Part shown: positions 52,331 to 64,000 of the stretch, piece after piece
Numbering within the stretch: the first letter of the stretch is position 1
How the letters are laid out: the number at the start of each line of letters is the position of its first letter
NCBI RefSeq assembly: GCF_009914755.1
Contig: NC_060925.1
DNA length: 64,000 nucleotides
Direction: 5' to 3' (one strand)
Origin: the human T2T-CHM13v2.0 reference genome, Homo sapiens
Made by a program: the position numbers and the translations under genes
The notes under the pieces: model-generated
Told to the model about the DNA's origin: nothing
The model's database searches: none
Seen by the model: only the letters and a program-made list of their open reading frames with translations

Positions 52331-54307
52331 AATTTTTTTACTTTTTAAAGAACTTTACATAAAGACAATTGTATGGTAAGTATTCTTTAAAGTCTAACTT
52401 ATTTTCCCTAGCATAATTATTTTGAGTCTCATCTGTGTGTGTTTCTTTATTGCCAAGTAGTATTTAATTGTGTGGATATACTAAAATTTGTTTATTCATT
52501 GACCCTGTTAATGGACATTTGTTTTTGGTCTTGTTTTTTCCAGTTTCTGTCTATTGCAAATAAAACTGCTAAGAACGTTTGTATACAGATCTTTGTATGA
52601 ACTATTTTATTTTTTCTTGGATAAATTCCTAGGAGTGTAATCGCTGGATCATATGGTAGCTCTGTGTATAACATTTAAAAAAGCCATCCAACCTATTTTC
52701 CAAAGTGGTTGTAGCCTTTTACATTCCCACTACCAATGTGTGAGAATTTTAGTTTTTTCACATCCTTGTTAACAGTTGGTATTGCTAGTTTTAAATTCCA
52801 GCCTTTCTAATCAACATTTAGTAGTTTAATTTGTATTTTCCTAATGACTATGATGTTGAATATCTTTTAATTTGCTTATTAGCTATACATATATTAATAT
52901 TTTCTTTTGTGCAGTGTATGTTCAAATCATTTTGCAATGTTTAAAATTGGGCTTTTTGTTTTCTTAATATTGAATTTTGAGTGTTCTTTGTATATTCCAG
53001 ATACAAGGTCTTTATCGGATTTGTGCTTTGTGAATATTTTCCCTCAGTCCGAGTCTTTTCATTCTTTTAACAGTGTGTCTTTATAAATTTATTCTTTTTT
53101 TTCTTTTATGGATCATGATTGTGGTATCATATCTAGGAAATCTTTGCCTGATCCAAGGGCTACACAGATTTTTCCTCATGTTGGTTTTCTAAAAGTTTTA
53201 TGGTTTAGATTTTACATTAGGTTTTCATCTGATCTATGTTTGAGTATATTTTTCTATATGGAATGAGGTATAAACAAAAGGTTTTTTTTGCTTATGAATA
53301 TCTAATTGTTTCAGCACCATTTTTTAAAAAGACTGTCTTTTCTCCATGGAATTGCCATTTATTCTTTGTCAAAAATCAGTTGTCTATATAATGTGAGTCT
53401 ATTTCAGTATTCTCTATTTCATTCCATTAATCTATTTGATATTTGTCTAATCAATAATAATCACACTGTCTTTATGACTATACTTTTATAATGAAAGCAG
53501 GTAGTGATAGTGTTACAACTTTCTTCTTTATTGAAATTGTTTTAATTATGCTAGATCCTTTCCATTTTCCTGTGAATTTTAGAAAGCCTGTTAATTTCTC
53601 AAAAAATACATGCTGGAATTTTGGTTGGGATTGTGTTGAATCAATAGGCTAAATGGGGAGTGTTGCTCTCTTAACAATAGTGAGTCTTCTAAATGCTGAA
53701 CAAGATATATTTAGCTTTTCATTTCTTTAGGTCTTCTTTAATTCCTCTCTGCAATATTTTATAGTTTTTAGTGTATACGTTCTTCATATCTGCTGTTGGA
53801 CTTTTCTCTAAGTATTTAATGTTTTTAAAGCTATTGCAAACTGCATTTTAGAAAACTTTCTGATTATTCATTGCTAGTATATAGAAATAAAATTGATTCT
53901 TTGGGGTATTGGTAATGTATTCTTCAACCTTGCTAAACTCACTAGTTCTAGCAGCATTTTTGTAGAGTATATTGAATTTTCTCAAGGATGATTATGTTAT
54001 CTGCAAATAAAGACACTTTTATTTCATAGTTTGTAAGCTGGAAAACTTATATTTTATTTTCTTGCTTGATTATACTTACTGGAAGCTCCAGTACGATGTT
54101 GAATAGGTGGTAGGAATAGACATCATTGTCTTATTCCTGATTTTAGGAAGGAAAGTATTCACTCTTTTATGATTAAGTATGATTTTATCTGTAGGTTTTT
54201 CATAGATGTCCTCTATCAGATTGAGGAGTTTTCATTCTTTTCCTAGTTTGCAGAGAGTTATTTTTATCAGAAATCGATGTTGGATTGTGTCAATTTTGTT
54301 TTACATC

Positions 54308-54678
54308 TGATATGGTTTGGCTCTGTGTCCCCACCCAAATCTCACCTTGAATTGTAATAATCCCCACATGTCAAGGGCAGGACCAGGTGGAGATAATTGA
54401 ATCATGAGGTTGGTTTCCCGCATGCTGTTCTCATGATAGTGAGTGAGTACTCACGAGATCTGATGGTTTTATCAGGGGCTTCCCACTTCACTTGGCACTC
54501 CTTCCCCTTCCTGCCACCACGAGAAGAAGGATATATTTGCTTCCCCTTCCACCATGATTGTAAGTTTCCTGAGGCCTCTCCAGCCCTATAGAACTGTGAG
54601 TCAATTAAACCTCTTTCCTATATAAATTACCCAGTCTTGGGTATGTCTTTATTAGAGGCATGAGAAGGGACTAATACA
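54308..54678 (+). mobile_element. THE1C solo LTR
   Basis: 'tgatatggtttggctctgtgtccccacccaaatctc...ggactaataca'; TSD acatc/atatc. Confidence 0.92.
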
Positions 54679-56279
54679 ATATCTTTTGAGACAGTAAATA
54701 CATTTTAGTTTGTTCGCATAGTGAATTACAGACTGATTTTTTGAATGCTGAAACAACCTTGCATCCTGGAGATTAACCCTACTTGGTCATGATGCAATGA
54801 CCTTTTTTTATATTGTTCAATTGATTTTGCTAAAATTTTGCATCTATGTTTATGAGACCATTTACATTTAAAGTGATTATAATATGCTTAGGTTTAAGCC
54901 TATCATCTTGCCATGTGTTTTCTATTTGTTCCATCTGTTCTTAATTTTCTTTTCCCTTTTTTCTGCCTTCTTTTGGATTGAGTTTTTTTTATGATTCCAT
55001 TTTTATCTCCTTTTTGGCTTCTTAGCTACAGTTCTGTTTTGTTATTTTAATTGTTGCTTTAGAATTTATAGTATACAGAGCAGTTTGCTGTTCTCCTTGT
55101 GGAACATAGAAAAGGAGTGAAGAAAGGTAGTTTTGGTCTCCTGCCTAGGCCCCACAATCTTTCCTAGTGGACCCAAAGCTCAGGGATACCTTGGGTTGCA
55201 ATACTTCACTGGGTATGGTAGGCTCAGTGAAGTTGTTGATCCTCAGCGGGGCAGTTTATTCTGTTTTTAAAACTGTAGTCAGTTTCTCTTCAACCATTAT
55301 GCAAGAGGATATGGGAGAAGCCACACATCAAGAGGCACCTTTTGGAAATCTACCAGCAAGGTTGATGGAGCAACCTGGAAATATAAGGCTAACAGCAGAC
55401 AAGGGTTCCAAAAGGCCTCACTCAGACCTGTCTTTCTGCTTCTCTCATGCGGAGGTTCACAGCTACCTTACTGCTCAAAAAGGGACTTTCTTCTCAGATG
55501 AGACCTCCTGACTACCTCCCCAATCTGGCAGTTTGACAAAATTCCATAGATTTTAAGGTGCTCATGGTGTGAAAGTGTTGGGAACCTTCCAGACTGAGTC
55601 TCTTTCAGTTCTTCAAGAGTTACACGCTTGTTATCTGCAGGCCTTTGCCCATGTGGTCATCTCACCTTGGAACACTCTCCCTATTGTTCCCCACTCCATT
55701 TGCCTAAATCCTGGAGAGCACAACTTTCTCCAGGAAGAAAACCATCTGGAGGTAGCTGAGATGAAACTTCCTCCAGATGGTTTTCCTCAAGCCTCCCCCA
55801 TCACCTTAAAGAATCAGGTTGCCCTCCCTTGTGCCTTCATTGCCCACTGCTCCCCATTGCAGATAATGCCTCTTTCATTATCTAGCTAATGAACAGTCTG
55901 GAGAGGAGAGAGAAAAAGACATGAACTCTTGGAATCATGTAACATTTTACATTTATATCTGTTATTTACTTTATAGCCAGGCATTGTTCAAAGTACTGTA
56001 CACAGCTGATAATATTAGAAGATGGATAGGTGAGTGAGATTGCAGGCCCTTGATAAGTCAGGTGTGTTGTTTGCACAGAGGAGAGACTATGACCAGGGAA
56101 GGCCTAACCTATAGGTTTTGGAGTATTCAAAGGTTTGAGGGACATGAGAGAGTAAAGCATCCTTAGTAGCACAGGTTGAGTAAAGCCTTCTCTTGTCCCT
56201 GGTATCTGACTGCAGCAGCTTCTCCAGCTGCTTCTCCAAAGGCATCCAATGGCTAGCTGTAATTTACATAGCCACCCTC

Positions 56280-56950
56280 TTTATTTTTTTTCTTCTTAGG
56301 TTTATTTATTCACTTTTTATTAAAGTATAACATGGCTACAAAAAAATACACCTAAGTGGCAATTGGATGAAATTTTACAAAACATACACACCCATATAGC
56401 CAACACCCAGATCAAGAAACAGTACGTTCCTGCATCTTAGAAGTTCTCCATGCCCCTTTCCAAGTTATTGTCTCTGTAGCCCACAAGTTTAACCTTTATC
56501 TTGATTTCTAACAGCACATAATAATTTTGCCTGTTTCTGTTCTTCAAATATAGTTAGCGTTTTATATCTGCAAGTTCTGCATCCACAGATTCAGGCAACC
56601 ACAGATTGAAAATATTAAAAAAAAGACACAATGATAAAAATAATATAAATTAAAAAATACAGTATGACAACTATTTATATAGCATTTACATTGTGTTAGG
56701 TATTATAAGTAATCTAGAGATGATTTAAGTATACAGGAGGATGCGTGTAGGTTATATGCAAACACTATGCCATTTAATATAAGGGACTTAGACATCTGTG
56801 GATTTTGGTGTCTTTGGGGGGTCCTAGAACCAATCCCTTGCAGCTACTGAGGGACGACTGTAAATGGAATTATCTAATATATGTATGTGTCTTTTGTGTT
56901 TGATGAGCTCCCTTTTAAAATATAACTTAGGATTTATGCTTCTTGTATGC
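56280..56950 (-). mobile_element. L1ME-like 3' end interrupted by Tigger3a
   Basis: 'ttttattaaagtataacat...caacacccagatcaagaaacag...ttgatttctaacagca'. Confidence 0.6.
56551..56860. mobile_element. Tigger3a (MER7A) DNA transposon relic
   Basis: TA-flanked; 'atagcatttacattgtgttaggtattataagtaatctagagatgattt...tactgagggacgactg'. Confidence 0.9.
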
Positions 56951-57173
56951 CGTGATAAGAACACATTAAAAAGATAATAAAAAATCTTAAAGGGTATGTA
57001 GATGAAAAAAATAGGAAAGGAGGTAATATTAAATTTTAATGATCTTATTTTTAACTGAACCATGAGAAGTGAAAAAAAGAGTTAAAAACTGAGTAAAGAT
57101 AAAAGGCTAAGAGTTGAAATACAATAATGAAATAGGCTGGAAGAGAGTAAAAATAAGATAAAAGACTAGAAAT

Positions 57174-57734
57174 TGAAGGGCACCAGAATATGCCACCTTG
57201 AACTGTTTGACATATGGACCGTTTTGACTTTAAGGGAATTGAGAATCAGAAGCAACAGGAAGAGTTCTTTACCGCCTCTTAACTGCCTAAATATAGAGTA
57301 TAAATTTCCCCTTTTTGCAAAGGAAAGGTACATTTATAAAGGAAATTTACATTTGTAAATGTGTCTCCTCCCAGGAAGAAAGCTACTCCTTGGGACAGCT
57401 CTTATAACTTCAGAGCCTCTTACTTGGATCACTAAACAGCTCTTGTGTGTCACACAATCCCCCCTCATCTTCCCACAACTTACCTCTTGTTTCCAGAAGC
57501 CCAAACCCCACTTTTCTGCTCCCAGAAGCCCAAACCTGCTTTTTCCTTGTTTACCTTAAGATGGTATACAAGTCTTAATCATCTGGTCACTTCCTTAAGT
57601 TTTCATTTCTTTGTGAACTCTGCTGCATGTGTATATAATTAAACTTATTTTTTCCCCCTGTTTCTTATTAATTTGATTCCAGGGTCCAGCCAGTAAAGCA
57701 GGAGGATAGAGAAAAGAAGTTTTCCCACCATACA
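57174..57734 (+). mobile_element. MER34/MER39-family ERV1 solo LTR
   Basis: 'tgaagggcaccagaatatgccacc'...'ccataca' with 4-bp TSD aaat on both sides. Confidence 0.75.
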
Positions 57735-58521
57735 AAATCAATGAATACAAATATGAAAATAAAAGACATAAAGGATAATGACTATAGATCATAACAGATG
57801 AGGTGAGGAAGTTAACATGTAAGAAGATTTTTTTAAAGTATGAATAAGAATTTAAAAGCTAAAAATGTAAGGGTAAAAAGTTAAATAAAATGTACATAGA
57901 CATAGTTAAAGGATCATATTGAATTTTTTTGAAAAAATAATAAAAAATTAAAAAATATGAGAGAGTGGGGAGAAAGAGATTAAAAACAAAGTATGTGAGC
58001 TTTAACACAATCCTTAAAGGGGCAGGTCACCTCTGGCCACCCACTTAAGCAGCAGAGACTCTGGTGGGCAGTCAAAATGGTGGCCTTCACTCTCCCACCT
58101 TCTACCTCCCCAGAGGCATCACTTCTGTCAAACAGTTGGCAGGGACAACAACTTTGGGTGATGGTTCAAGCTATGGTCACCATAGTGTTAGCATTTCTCG
58201 CAGTTATATGGATCAACTCAATGAGTTGGCTGACAAATCAACACTTAAAGCCCTCAGCACCTTGGTGGTACGTGGTGGGTATCTGCTAAGTGTTCTAAAG
58301 GATTAGGTGCTAGGTGGAAAGGAGCAAAAGGAGACATAGCACAGTGTCCACGTCCAACCCCACTTCCCAGGAAATTGCTGAGGCCTCAGATAATTGTTTT
58401 ATGATGGTGATTATAATGGAAATCACAAATATATATTTGTCCCTAAAGTATGTCTGGCACTGCACTAGGCATTTTTCCACAGATGGCCTCATTTTTAGAG
58501 TTCTCAACAACCTTGCAAATG

Positions 58522-58720
58522 CTGCATTTCATAGATTCTAAGACTCTTGTTTCCACATGTTAACATCTTTAAGATCAGGCTGAATCTTACAGTCTATGTG
58601 ATGAGAGCCTTATATTGTGATTTAATTGTCAAGGTTATTTTTTGTTTCTCTTTTGCTAACTGTACATAAAACAATGGTGAATCTTACAGTGTGTGGTGTG
58701 TTAGATTTGATGAAATACAG
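58522..58720 (-). mobile_element. MER104 (Tc2) DNA transposon relic, inserted in a MIR (about 58430-58830)
   Basis: TIRs 'ctgcatttcatagattctaaga' / 'ttagatttgatgaaatacag' plus TA. Confidence 0.75.
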
Positions 58721-59624
58721 TAGATGTGACTTTCCATGCTCTCCAGATGAGAAAACAGATACTCTGAGAGGCCAAACAAGCTGTCTGACATCATATGCTG
58801 GTAAATGCCTGGTGTGACATACATACTCCAAAACTTGTTCTTTTTCTCTCCTGGAAGCCCAAGTGCTAGAAAGTACCTGATCTGCACTGGGGAGGTTGAA
58901 CCCCAGAATGTGAGAGCTGAAAAGCTCCCAGGAGTCAAGCTTGTGCTTGGCACCAGGACAGATGTGGCCCTGGACTCAAGCTGTGGCTTTCCTCTCCTCC
59001 CAGTTCACTGTACCACACTGTCTCTGTCCCAAGACCTTGCTTCTGCTTTTTCTCTTTCCTCTGTTCCTTCTCCTGCCTTTTTTTTTTTTTTTGACACCCT
59101 TTGGTATTTTGGATGTTTCTTGTTATTTTTTGCTTTTATCTTACCAGCTGCTGGTTTCACCAAAGAGACAAAGAGACACCAGCAAGATGGAAATATCAGG
59201 CTCCCATTATTCTTTTTATTTTGCTCCTTTCCAGTTGTGTGACAGCTGGTTGGCTACCTCTGGAAATGTATTATGGCCTCTGAGATTTGGTGAATCGGAG
59301 AAGTATGAGCAGACACACACATCTATTGCCTTCAGGCCAGGAGAAATAATATTATCTCCCTTGTGGGAACAGTTTATTCTCAGAGTGCTTTGATTTAAGC
59401 TTACAAGGAGAAATGCCCAGTTATGGAGCAATTTCCCGGAATATTCTGTTTTAGCTGCCTGGCAGTCCTTTGTGCTAAATGATAATGGCCCACATCTGGA
59501 GAAGCCTGGTGGGGGTCTCCCTGGATGCCTTGGCTTTCTGGTTTCAATCAAAGTGTCTTATCATTCTCTCACAGGTGCTTGGAAATGTAATGAACTTGTG
59601 GAGAGCACAATGAATATGCAGCGC

Positions 59625-59760
59625 TGAAAGGGATATTTTGATCCAAGCCCTTTATTCTGTAGATAAGGAAAGGGAGCCCTAGAGAGGTGAAGTGGCTTGC
59701 CAAAGTCACCCAGCAGATTATGGCCAGGATTATAATCTAGGTCACCGACTTAAAGTTATC
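59625..59760 (-). mobile_element. MIR
   Basis: 'attctgtagataaggaa...agagaggtgaagtggcttgccaaagtcacccagc'. Confidence 0.7.
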
Positions 59761-59869
59761 CAAGGGTTTTCCTCGAAAAGAGCTATAGAGAACATACAGT
59801 AATGTTTGGTGTGACTCTTTCTCATGAGTCCTCCTTGAGCTTGAGCAAGCCACTTGTTTGCACTATGTC

Positions 59870-60190
59870 AGCTTTCTAACTCGTCTCCTTGCTTCCAGCT
59901 CTCCCCACACTAATAAACATCTTTATTAGTGTGAGATTCATCTTCTTGGTTGAGCTTCTAATCACTGCTTCTCCCTCTTCAAAATACTTGGAGGCTCCCA
60001 AAGAATAAAGCCCAACTTTCTTGGCATTGAAGCTGCACTTGGTCTGCACCACTTCACAACACTTCCTTAGTGTCCTCACTCAGCCTAAACTGCTTCCATT
60101 TTCTTTTCAAGCCTTGAAGCCTTTGTTCATGCTGTTCCATCTACTGAAACATACTTCTCCATAGTTCCATCACTCCCTTAGGCCCTGGCT
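59870..60190 (+). mobile_element. L2 remnant
   Basis: 'ggctccca...gaataaagcccaac...cctttgttcatgctgttcc'. Confidence 0.6.
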
Positions 60191-60569
60191 TTTTGTCAGG
60201 GAGGTCCACTGGGGCAGATCCTGGGAGGAGGGGACATGATGGACTCTGCCAATTTGCTATTGGCAGACTTCTTCTCTGCCCCTTGAGTTATGCAGGCAAG
60301 TAGTCACCATGAGGGAGTCCACTGCAGGGCATTCAAGGGAAAGACAGAAAGTTTGGGGACAGTCTGGCAGCAGATGGTAGGTAGGCAGTGGGCATGAAGA
60401 CAAGCCATTTGACAGCAGGTTTCAGAACTCCAGCTTCTGGGATTGTGCACTGTGGTGCCAGGTTTTGAGGAAACAGAAGCAAATCACACAAATATGGCCT
60501 TATCTGCAAGAAGCTTGCAGTTTAGTGGGTAGGACAAATGTTAGAATAGATGATTTCATCAAATACTCA

Positions 60570-61010
60570 AAATCTTATAATTTTCATTTTACAAATAAGA
60601 AAACTGAGTCTCAGAAAGGTTGAAAAATTTCTCAAGGCTGCCTAGCTCATTAGTTTTGGAGACAATTCCAAAGCCTATGCTCCCTTTAGTCATAATTTCA
60701 TTTCTGGGGAAACAAGGGGTCAGGGTTGAGTGACCTGATGGTCAGATTGAGTGAGGTGATGATTTGGGCCTGGAATAAATACTGTTATTGTTCATAATAG
60801 GGACTATTCATTATGGGAGAACAAGCTTTACATATGCTAATTTTAAATTTCACAATAACTCTGCAGTAAGAATTAGCCTTTCCATTTTACAGATGCAGAA
60901 GGCAAAGATTAGCAAAGACAAATAATTTATCTAAAATCACCTACCTACAGTGGAGAAAGGTGTTCGACTTAGATCTATCTGACCATCAAATCTATGTTCT
61001 TTCCAGTGGA
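60570..61010 (-). mobile_element. Two MIR remnants
   Basis: 'tcattttacaaataagaaaactgagtctcaga' and 'ccattttacagatgcagaa'. Confidence 0.65.
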
Positions 61011-61787
61011 CTAGCCTGCCTCTCCACCACAAGTTACCTAAAAACTATTGAGAGGCTCTTTTTTTTTCCTTCTTCAAGGGAAGGAGGGAGAAGGAGAGAA
61101 AGTGCATGTTGACACAAAAAACAAAGAGACTAAAAATAGTTTAAATGTAAAAATGTCATGTTCACCTAACTCAGATTTAGAAAGCCCACCACAAATCTTG
61201 GTGGGAAATTCTGCCTCCCATAATGAGAACTGTCACTTTAAGGCCTGTAATTTTACTGGATTTGCACAAGGGGAGCTTTGAACCACAATCTTCATTTATT
61301 TATTGTCTTCATTTATTATTCAAGTTTTCTCTTTCCTGTCTGGGCATCCACATTGGTGGAAAATTCTTAGAGTCATGCTTAAGATTAATCAAATGAACGG
61401 AGATGCTCTTTACACCTTGCTTCTAGAGGCCAGTGTGGAGAGCATCAAAGAGACCCAACATGTTCCAGGTCTGTTCCTTATTGTTGACCATACTCAGGGC
61501 ACTACCTTGACATTGGCACTGCACACTCATGACAGGGTGGAGTATCTTGTTCAACTGGAGCCATCTCATGCATTTATCTTGGCTTTTCCTTGACAAAACT
61601 TGATTAGATTCTGTTCTGTGGCTATTTCAACTTTGAATGGAGATGTAATCTCTTGGATTTTTTTTTAACCTAATAATTCAAGTCTCCTCCCCAACGCCCC
61701 CACCCAGAAAACCATCTTTCCATAAGGCTGAGAACAATTAAGAATTTTTATTTTTTTGTGCTTGGTCTAATGAGAATCTTCTATGGA

Positions 61788-62164
61788 TGTATTAGTCCAT
61801 TCTCATGCTGCTATAAGGACGTACCTGAGACTGGGTAATTTATAAAGGAGGAAAGTTTAATTGACTCACAGTTCTGCAGGGCTTGAGAGGCCTCAGGAAA
61901 CTTACAATCATGGCAGAAGGGGAAGCAAACACATTCTTCTTCACATGGTGGCAGGAAGGAGAAGAATGAGAGTTAGCAAAGGAGGAAGCCCTTCATAATC
62001 CCACCAGATCTTGTGAAAACTTACTCACTATCACAAGACTAACGTGGGGGAAACTGCCCTCATGATTCAATTACCTCCCATCAGTTGCCTTGCATCATGC
62101 ATGAGGATTATGGGAACTGCAATTCAAGATAAGATTTGGGTGGGGACATAGCCAAACCATATCC
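61788..62164 (-). mobile_element. THE1C 3' LTR
   Basis: 'tgtattagtccattctcatgctgct...ggggacatagccaaaccatatc'; purine tract adjacent on the minus strand. Confidence 0.92.
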
Positions 62165-63746
62165 TTTCACCCCAGCCTGCCCTAAACCTCATGTCCTCAC
62201 ATTTCAAAACACAATCATGCCCTTCCAACAGTTCGTCAAGGTCTTAGCTCATTCTAGCATTAACCCAAAAGCCCAAGTCCGAAGTCTCATCTGAGACAAG
62301 GCAAGTCCCTTTGGCCTATGAGCCTGTACAATCAAAAGCAAGTTAGTTACTTCCTAGATACAATGGAGGTACAGGCATTTGGTAAATGCACCTGTTCCAA
62401 ATGGGAGAAATTGGCCAAATGAAGGGGCTACATGCTCCATGCAAGTCCAAAATCCAGTGAGGCAGTCAAATCTTAAAGCTCTGAAGTGACCTCCTTTGAC
62501 TCCATGTCTCACATCCAGGTCACACTGATGCAAGAACTGGGCTCCTATGGCCTTGGGCAGCTCTATCTTTGTGGCTTTGCAGGGTATAGCCCCACTTCTG
62601 GGCTGCTTTCATGGGCTGGCATTGAGTGTCTGCAGCTTTTCCAGGTGCACGGTACAAGCTGTTGGAGGATCTACCATTCTGGGGTCTGGAGGACACAGTC
62701 CCTTTTCTCACAGCTCCACTAGGCAGTGCCTCAGTGGGGACTGTGTGTGGGGACGTTGACCCCACATTTCCCTTTTACACTGCCCTAGCAGAGGTCTCCA
62801 TGAGGGCTCCACCCCTGCAGCAGACTTCTGCCTAGACAACCAGGTGTTTCCATATATCCTCTGAAACCTAGGTGGAGTTCCCAAATCTCAATTCTTGACT
62901 TCTCTGCATTTGCAGGACCAACATTATGTGGAAGCTGCCAAGGCTAGGGGCTTACACCCTCTGAGGCAACAGTCTGAGCTGTACCCTGGCCTCTTTTAGC
63001 CAAGCCTGGAGCGGCTGGGATGCAGGGCACCAAATCCCAGGGCTGCACATAGGAGGGGGGCCCTGGACCCAGCCCATGAAAAATTTTTTGCCTAAGCCTC
63101 TGGGCCTGTGATGGGAGGGGCGGCCATGAAGTTTTCTGACATGCCTTGAAGACATTTTCCCCTTTGTCTTGACGATTAACATTTGGCTCCTCATTACTTT
63201 TACAAATTTCTGCAGTAGCTTCCATTTCTCCCCAGAAAATTGTTTTTGCTTTTCTATCACATCACTAGGCTGCAAACTTTCCAAACATTTATGCTCTGCT
63301 TCTTCTTGAACTCTTTGCCACTTAGAAATTTATTCTGCCAGATATCCTAAATGACCTCTCTCAAGTTCAAAGTTCCACAATCTCTAGGGCAGGGGCAAAA
63401 TGCCACCAGTCTTTTTGCATAGCAAGAGTGACCTTTACTCCAGTTCCCAACAAGTTCCTTACCTCCGTCTGAGACCACCTCAACCTGTACTTCATTGTCC
63501 ATTTCACTATCAATGTTTTGGTCAAAGCCACTCAACGAGTCTCCAGGAAGTTCCAAACTTTCCCACATCTTCCTATCTTCTGAGCCCACAAAATCTCTAG
63601 AAAGTTCGAAACTTTCCTACATTTTTCTGTCTTTATCTGAGCCTTTCAAATGGTTCCAACCTCTGCCTGTTACCCAGTTCCAAAGTTGCTTCCACATTTT
63701 TGGGTATCTTTATAACAGCACCCTGCTCTCTGCAGTACCAATTTAC
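62165..63746 (-). mobile_element. THE1-int internal region (MaLR)
   Basis: About 1.58-kb internal sequence between two LTRs; 'gtaccaatttac' next to the 5' LTR. Confidence 0.92.
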
Positions 63747-64000
63747 TGTATTAGTCCATTCTCATGCTGCTATAAGGACATACCCAAGACTGGATAATTT
63801 ATAAAAGAAGGAGGTTTAATTAACTCACAGTTTCACAGGGCTGGGGAGGCCTCAGGAAAATTACCATCATGGTGAAAGGGGAAGCAAACATGTCCTTCTT
63901 CTCATGGTGGCAGAATGAGAGCAGAATGAGAAGAAGAATGACAGCCGAGCAAAGAGGAAAGCACTTTATAAGATCATCAGATCTTATGTGAACTTACTCA
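63747..64000 (-). mobile_element. THE1C 5' LTR (runs off the window edge)
   Basis: Second copy of 'tgtattagtccattctcatgctgctataaggac'. Confidence 0.92.

Larger units (their letters stand above)
49662..54860 (-). mobile_element. Old L1M (L1MC/MD-like) host element, split by an L1MA (49930-52330) and THE1C (54308-54678)
   Basis: 3' end 'aattgaggtgtaactcac...gttttgacatatgtatac...accactgatctgctt' resumes collinearly at about 52345 and continues into ORF2-derived antisense sequence. Confidence 0.75.

Noticed and set aside
63537-63645. ~52-nt tandem duplication in THE1-int
   Set aside because: The copies are diverged and I recall this duplication as a common THE1C-int feature, so it is probably not locus-specific

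Overview
Primate (most likely human) non-coding genomic DNA, intergenic or deep intronic; I could not name the locus. I see no host protein-coding exon, tRNA, rRNA, CpG island or CRISPR array. Much of the window is interspersed repeat. The main elements are a full-length but inactivated L1PA3/4-type LINE-1 (16334-22474, minus strand, with TSD; ORF1 and ORF2 broken, ORF0 truncated), several 5'-truncated older L1s, four Alus, many MaLR/ERV LTRs (MSTA, MLT1A/C/D/H/J, THE1B/C, LTR16, LTR33-like, MER34-like), a near-complete THE1C element at the right edge, DNA-transposon relics (MER58A, Tigger2a, MER5A, MER91A, MER53, MER82, Tigger3a, MER104) and many MIR/L2 remnants. Subfamily names come from remembered consensus sequences and need RepeatMasker/Dfam confirmation. 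I found no convincing new biological system. The best leads are: (1) an L1 antisense-promoter/ORF0 unit whose splice donor lies before its stop codon; (2) a twin-primed inverted L1 with an MSTA LTR at the inversion junction; (3) immune-type motif clusters in unique DNA at 32-45 kb; (4) candidate plus-strand exons together with a minus-strand bias of L1s and LTRs, which hints at a plus-strand transcript across the window.
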